From the NCBI RefSeq assembly GCF_000737315.1, contig NZ_JMCB01000006.1:186001-250000 (forward strand): DNA of 64,000 nt. Direction: 5' to 3'. A model generated the notes under the pieces. The model ran no database searches. It saw only the letters and a program-made list of their open reading frames with translations, and was not told where the DNA came from. The translations under genes and the position numbers were made by a program. Positions 58,200 to 64,000 of this stretch are shown here, piece after piece (position 1 is the first letter of the stretch; each line of letters begins with the position of its first letter). The DNA is from Hyalangium minutum. Its GTDB lineage: Bacteria > Myxococcota > Myxococcia > Myxococcales > Myxococcaceae.

Positions 58200-59402
58200 A
58201 TGCGGATGCCCAGGACGGCGGTACTGGCGTTGCTCGTCACCCTCGCGTTCACCCCCGCGGCCCTGGCGGGCCAGAGCGCCTCGAAGCGCTGGGCGGCGAG
58301 CCGCGGCGACTTCACCGCGTGGCAGCTCAGCGGCGCGAGCCGTGCGGCGGATGGCTCGCTGCAGTTGCTGCCGGGCCAGTCGTGGGCGGGGACGGATCCG
58401 TATGGGCCCGGCGGCTTCGCGGGCGGCACGTACTACAACGGCGGCTCGTTCGTGCAGGGCGAGGTGACCAGCCCCATCGTCACGCCGTCCTTCGGCTTCC
58501 GGCAGGCCATTGCCTCGTGGGAGGCGCGCACGCCTCCGGGCACCTGGGTGGAGAGCTTCATCCGCGTGCAGGTGTCTGGCACCTGGACGAAGTGGTACAG
58601 CCTGGGCGTGTGGGCGGCGGATGGCTCGGCGGTGCAGCGGCACTCGGCCACCTCGCAGTCGGACAGCGTGGCGTACGTGGCCACGGACACACTTGTCGTC
58701 ACGGCGAAGAAGGCCTCGGCCACGGCGTGGCAGGTGAAGGTGCGGCTCTTCAGCGCCGATGGTGTGGCGACGCCGAGCCTGGATGCCAGCGCTGTGACGG
58801 TGTCTCTGGCGCCAGACCGGCCCTCCTCGTTCCCTCCGGGCAGCTCCACGCGCTGGAACACGGTGCTCGCGGTGCCACAGTGCTCGCAGATGGTGTACCC
58901 GGACGGCGGCGAGGTCTGGTGCAGCCCCACGTCCACGGCCATGGTGCTGCGATACTGGGTCGGCGAGTCCACGACCACCTGCGAGCCGCACGTGCGCGCG
59001 GCCGTGAGCGGCGTCCATGACTGGTACTACGACGGGCACGGCAACTGGCCGTTCAACACGGCGTATGCGGCGGCCCAGGGGCTCCAGGCGCATGTGTCTC
59101 GCTTCACGAGCTTCTCGCAGCTGGAGCCGTGGATCTCCGCGGGCGTCCCCGCCATCCTCAGCGTTGCCTGGCGCAGCGGTGAGCTGACGGGCGCGCCCAT
59201 CTCCTCCACGGCGGGTCACCTCATCGTGCTCGTGGGCTTCGATGCGGCGGGCAACCCCGTGGTGAATGATCCGGCGGGCGCCAGCAACACCGCCGTGCGC
59301 CGGACGTACCTGCGCTCGCAGCTAGAGCCGCTGTGGCAGAACGCTTCGGCGGGCACCGCGTATCTCATCTATCCCCAGGGCTGGACGGTGCCCGCCCTGT
59401 GA
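58200..59402 (+). CDS. Secreted peptidase C39-like protein
   Basis: Signal peptide; PQCSQM, WCSPTSTAM (Cys), GHLIVLVGF (His), VNDP (Asp). Confidence 0.88.
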   Translation: MRMPRTAVLALLVTLAFTPAALAGQSASKRWAASRGDFTAWQLSGASRAADGSLQLLPGQSWAGTDPYGPGGFAGGTYYNGGSFVQGEVTSPIVTPSFGFRQAIASWEARTPPGTWVESFIRVQVSGTWTKWYSLGVWAADGSAVQRHSATSQSDSVAYVATDTLVVTAKKASATAWQVKVRLFSADGVATPSLDASAVTVSLAPDRPSSFPPGSSTRWNTVLAVPQCSQMVYPDGGEVWCSPTSTAMVLRYWVGESTTTCEPHVRAAVSGVHDWYYDGHGNWPFNTAYAAAQGLQAHVSRFTSFSQLEPWISAGVPAILSVAWRSGELTGAPISSTAGHLIVLVGFDAAGNPVVNDPAGASNTAVRRTYLRSQLEPLWQNASAGTAYLIYPQGWTVPAL

Positions 59403-59872
59403 GCGGTGCGTCCCACACCTTCTCGTTCGCCTCGATCCTGGCAGCGCCTCCCGAGAAGGTGTGGGCTCGCGTGAGCACCTTGTCGGGCGTGAACGCGGAG
59501 ATGGCGCCCTGGTTCCGGATGACCGGGCCCCAGGGCGTCGATCACCTCGAGCCCGGGCAGCTCGCGCTGGGCCAGCGGCTCTTCCGGTCGTGGCTGCTGC
59601 TCTTCGGGGTGCTGCCGCTGGACTACGACGACCTCACCTTCGTGCGGTTCGAGCCGGGCAAGGGCTTCCTGGAGCGCTCGCGGATGATCTCCGCGAAGGT
59701 GTGGGAGCACGAGCGAACACTTGAGCCCCACCCCGAGGGCACGCTGCTCACCGATCGCATCCGCTTCGAGCCGCGCCTGCCCCTGCCCGGGCTCCGAGGG
59801 CTGTACAGCAGCGTGTTCCGCCACCGCCACGCGCAGCTGCGGCGGCACTTCGGCGGGCGGCTCGCGAGCTGA
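59399..59872 (+). CDS. SRPBCC/START-like small protein
   Basis: GTGA overlap with the C39 gene stop; APPEKVWA, WEHERTLEP, TLLTDRI, FRHRH. Confidence 0.8.
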   Translation: MSGASHTFSFASILAAPPEKVWARVSTLSGVNAEMAPWFRMTGPQGVDHLEPGQLALGQRLFRSWLLLFGVLPLDYDDLTFVRFEPGKGFLERSRMISAKVWEHERTLEPHPEGTLLTDRIRFEPRLPLPGLRGLYSSVFRHRHAQLRRHFGGRLAS

Positions 59873-59995
59873 GGGTTCGGAGCCCCGCTCTTACTGAAAG
59901 ACAGGCACACTGCGGGTACGCCCGGTCCTCACGGCGCAGAGCGCCATGCTTCCGCTCGTGCTGGACAGCCGCGAGTGAAGCAGGCACCGTGCCCG

Positions 59996-60025
59996 CCCTC
60001 GCGCCGTGCTGCCGTGGCGCGAGGG
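59996..60025. other. Perfect 10-bp inverted repeat upstream of the S9 peptidase RBS
   Basis: CCCTCGCGCC-N10-GGCGCGAGGG. Confidence 0.45.
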
Positions 60026-60056
60026 ACACCCCTGTCACTTCGACTCGGAGGAAGCC

Positions 60057-62117
<2,061 letters not shown>

Positions 62118-62121
62118 TCCC

Positions 62122-63514
62122 GTGTCACGCCTGCTTTCTCTGGCATTGCTGATGCTGCTGTCCACCGCGCTGGTGGGCGGCAGTTGTGACGAGCCGGAGG
62201 CGGTGGGCCTCGAAGAGCTGCAGCGGGACGTTCCTCCGCCCTTCGATTACGCGCTGTACTGCGACGTCCACGGGAAGCTCGTGGGCGATCGCTCCGCTGT
62301 GCTGCTCGTGCACCGCGCCGAACACCTCGAGCGTGTGTATGCCGACGCACAGGCGGGAGACCGTCGCGCCCAGGCCCTCTTCCGCCAGCTGGAGGCCGTC
62401 CTCCAGCGCACCGGAGCGGAGCTGGCGGACCGTTCGCTGGGATTCACCTGTAACTCCCTGCCAGCCTGCGTGGTGGCCTGGCACCAGCTGGACGCGTTCA
62501 TGCCTTCGCGCGGCGCGGGAGGCATGCGCCTGCGGCAGGTGATGGCGGACAGCTTTGTTTGCGCGCGAGGCCAAGCTCAAGCACGTGCGCAACACCGTCA
62601 TCTCCGCGGCGCTCGACGTGCTGCTGGTGGGCACGGTGCTCAAAACGGGCGCTACGGGTACGGCTGGGGTGGCGGCGGGCACGGCAGAAGCCTCGGCAGG
62701 CACCGTGGAGGCGGGGAGACTGGCGCTGGCTGGGGTGGAGACACGTCTGGCGGAGGAGGAGCTGCCAGCGCTGGAAGCCCGGATGGTCGAGGCCGAGGCG
62801 CTGGAGGTGGGCCCTCGATACCCCGCCCGCCTGGAAGCATTGACACGCTACCGGCCTTCGGGCGCCCAGCCACCCTCGGGAGTGGAAGCCGACCATCCCC
62901 GGTGGACCAGCTACGTGGCCTACTGGGAGCGGCGCTACGAGGAGCTCGCGGGCACCCGACCTCTGTCACAGGGGCAAGTTGCGGTGAAGCCTCCTCTGAC
63001 GTGGGACGCCTATTCGTCCCTACTCGGAAGGTTCCAACGCTCGCTGGAGTTTCAGCGCAGCGCGTCGCGCATGCTTCAGCAGGCTCGCGAACCTGGCAGC
63101 CCTCGGGAGTGGGTGCCCGACATGAAGCAGCCGCTGGCCGCAGAGAACACGGGCCTGAAGCATGAAGGCAGCGACCTTGTCACCTACGCGGATGCTCTGG
63201 TCGTGGACGACGCCTCACTAGGCTCGGGCACTCGGCCGAATGTTCAAACCTTCAGCATGAAGCAGCGCGACTTCGCCGCCATGAGCGAAGGCGACGCCTT
63301 CAAGCAAGCACAGATTGATGCCTTTGAAGCACAGACGAAAGACGGGGGAACCGTCGAAGTGCGCAGGCGTGGCCATCCTCTCTTCGGAAAGAAAGTGGTC
63401 GTGACCCGAGTGCACCTCGTTTATGACGGGAAGGATCTCTCGCTCTCCATCAAGAACGCCCTCTTGAGAGGAGCGCGCAGCCAAAAGGTTGAACTCCACC
63501 TCCATGTCCCCTGA
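62122..63514 (+). pseudogene. Frameshifted lipoprotein polymorphic toxin (SitA-like) with a putative PD-(D/E)xK-type C-terminal domain
   Basis: Signal-like N-terminus ending VGGSC. Frame 62122 reads ..ADSF then degenerates, while frame 62555 continues FAREAK..; TTTG is duplicated at 62554-62561, and removing one copy gives a single 462-aa ORF. Confidence 0.75.
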
Positions 63515-64000
63515 AGAGTGGACCCAATCTGACGATTTCGTCCTTGAACTCATCTCGCCCATTGATCCGCTGTCGCGCGGCTTTGCGGGGCTCGAGCCCC
63601 TTCTGGACGTTATTGAATCGCTGGACGAAGCGCTTCGCCCGGACACGATGCACTTCATGCGCGGGCGCCGGACTCTGCAGTACTCGCGCCAGATGCTGCG
63701 CAAGCGGTTCCAAGACACTCACGGTATTGACACGGTCAACATCCTGTTTGGCCGTTCTCGGCCTCCTGAGATCATTCTCGACCTCATGGGCAGAACCAGC
63801 GAGGAGGAGGTCACCTGCAGCTTCCATCTGGTGGTGAAGCCTTTCTCCTTCGTCTGCGAGCCCAGCCGCGCAAATCATCATGCTGAGCATTTCGTCTCCC
63901 TCGTACGCGCTTTGGCTTCCTGCATGCCTCTGTTTCACGGCGTGGCTCACAGCCGCACCGATTTCTGGCTGAGCAGCGACCCTCGCGCGAAGAACCCCCT
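63504..64000 (+). CDS. Putative immunity protein (partial, runs off the window)
   Basis: Translated by hand: MSPEEWTQSDDFVLEL..YSRQMLRKRF..LVRALAS..AHSRTDF, with no stop to base 64000. The ATG overlaps the toxin 3' end by 11 nt; AT-richer codons. Confidence 0.75.
   Translation, partial: MSPEEWTQSDDFVLELISPIDPLSRGFAGLEPLLDVIESLDEALRPDTMHFMRGRRTLQYSRQMLRKRFQDTHGIDTVNILFGRSRPPEIILDLMGRTSEEEVTCSFHLVVKPFSFVCEPSRANHHAEHFVSLVRALASCMPLFHGVAHSRTDFWLSSDPRAKNP

Noticed and set aside
62122-63165. 347-aa ORF as an intact gene
   Set aside because: After codon 145 it becomes Gly/Arg-rich nonsense while the +1 frame carries the coherent protein; treated as one frameshifted gene.

Overview
High-GC (roughly 70%) myxobacterial-type chromosome segment with about 53 genes. 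I found no rRNA, tRNA, CRISPR array or transposase. From left to right: a Ser/Thr kinase-STAND ATPase-TPR gene cut by the window edge; a stand-alone class I terpene synthase; a five-gene phosphorelay with no output domain, divergent from a FeeM/LuxI-like acyltransferase fused to a cNMP-binding domain; HPF-like, DUF72, tandem V4R-like, MFS, TonB-C and orphan ABC permease genes. Then comes a coupled inositol-sphingolipid operon (ino1, Aur1-like IPC synthase, PIP synthase-GtrA fusion, secreted Svf1-like protein, CX5R phosphatase, Scs7/FA2H-like hydroxylase), two stand-alone POTRA lipoproteins, a PhoD-family enzyme, a GH123-like protein, an alpha-2-macroglobulin-like thioester protein with no signal peptide, and an MMPL-phosphodiesterase-MMPL module. 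The right part holds malic enzyme, glgX, carbonic anhydrase, acyl-CoA dehydrogenase, a DES1-like sphingolipid desaturase, a HipA-like kinase/DUF3037 pair, C39 and S9 peptidases, and a frameshifted lipoprotein toxin with an open immunity-like gene. The strongest candidate for an undescribed system is a fungal-like inositol phosphorylceramide pathway with a periplasmic Svf1-like ceramide carrier. All family calls come from motif recognition by eye; no database search was run. Many start codons were moved downstream of the ORF-track starts using RBS position and gene overlaps.
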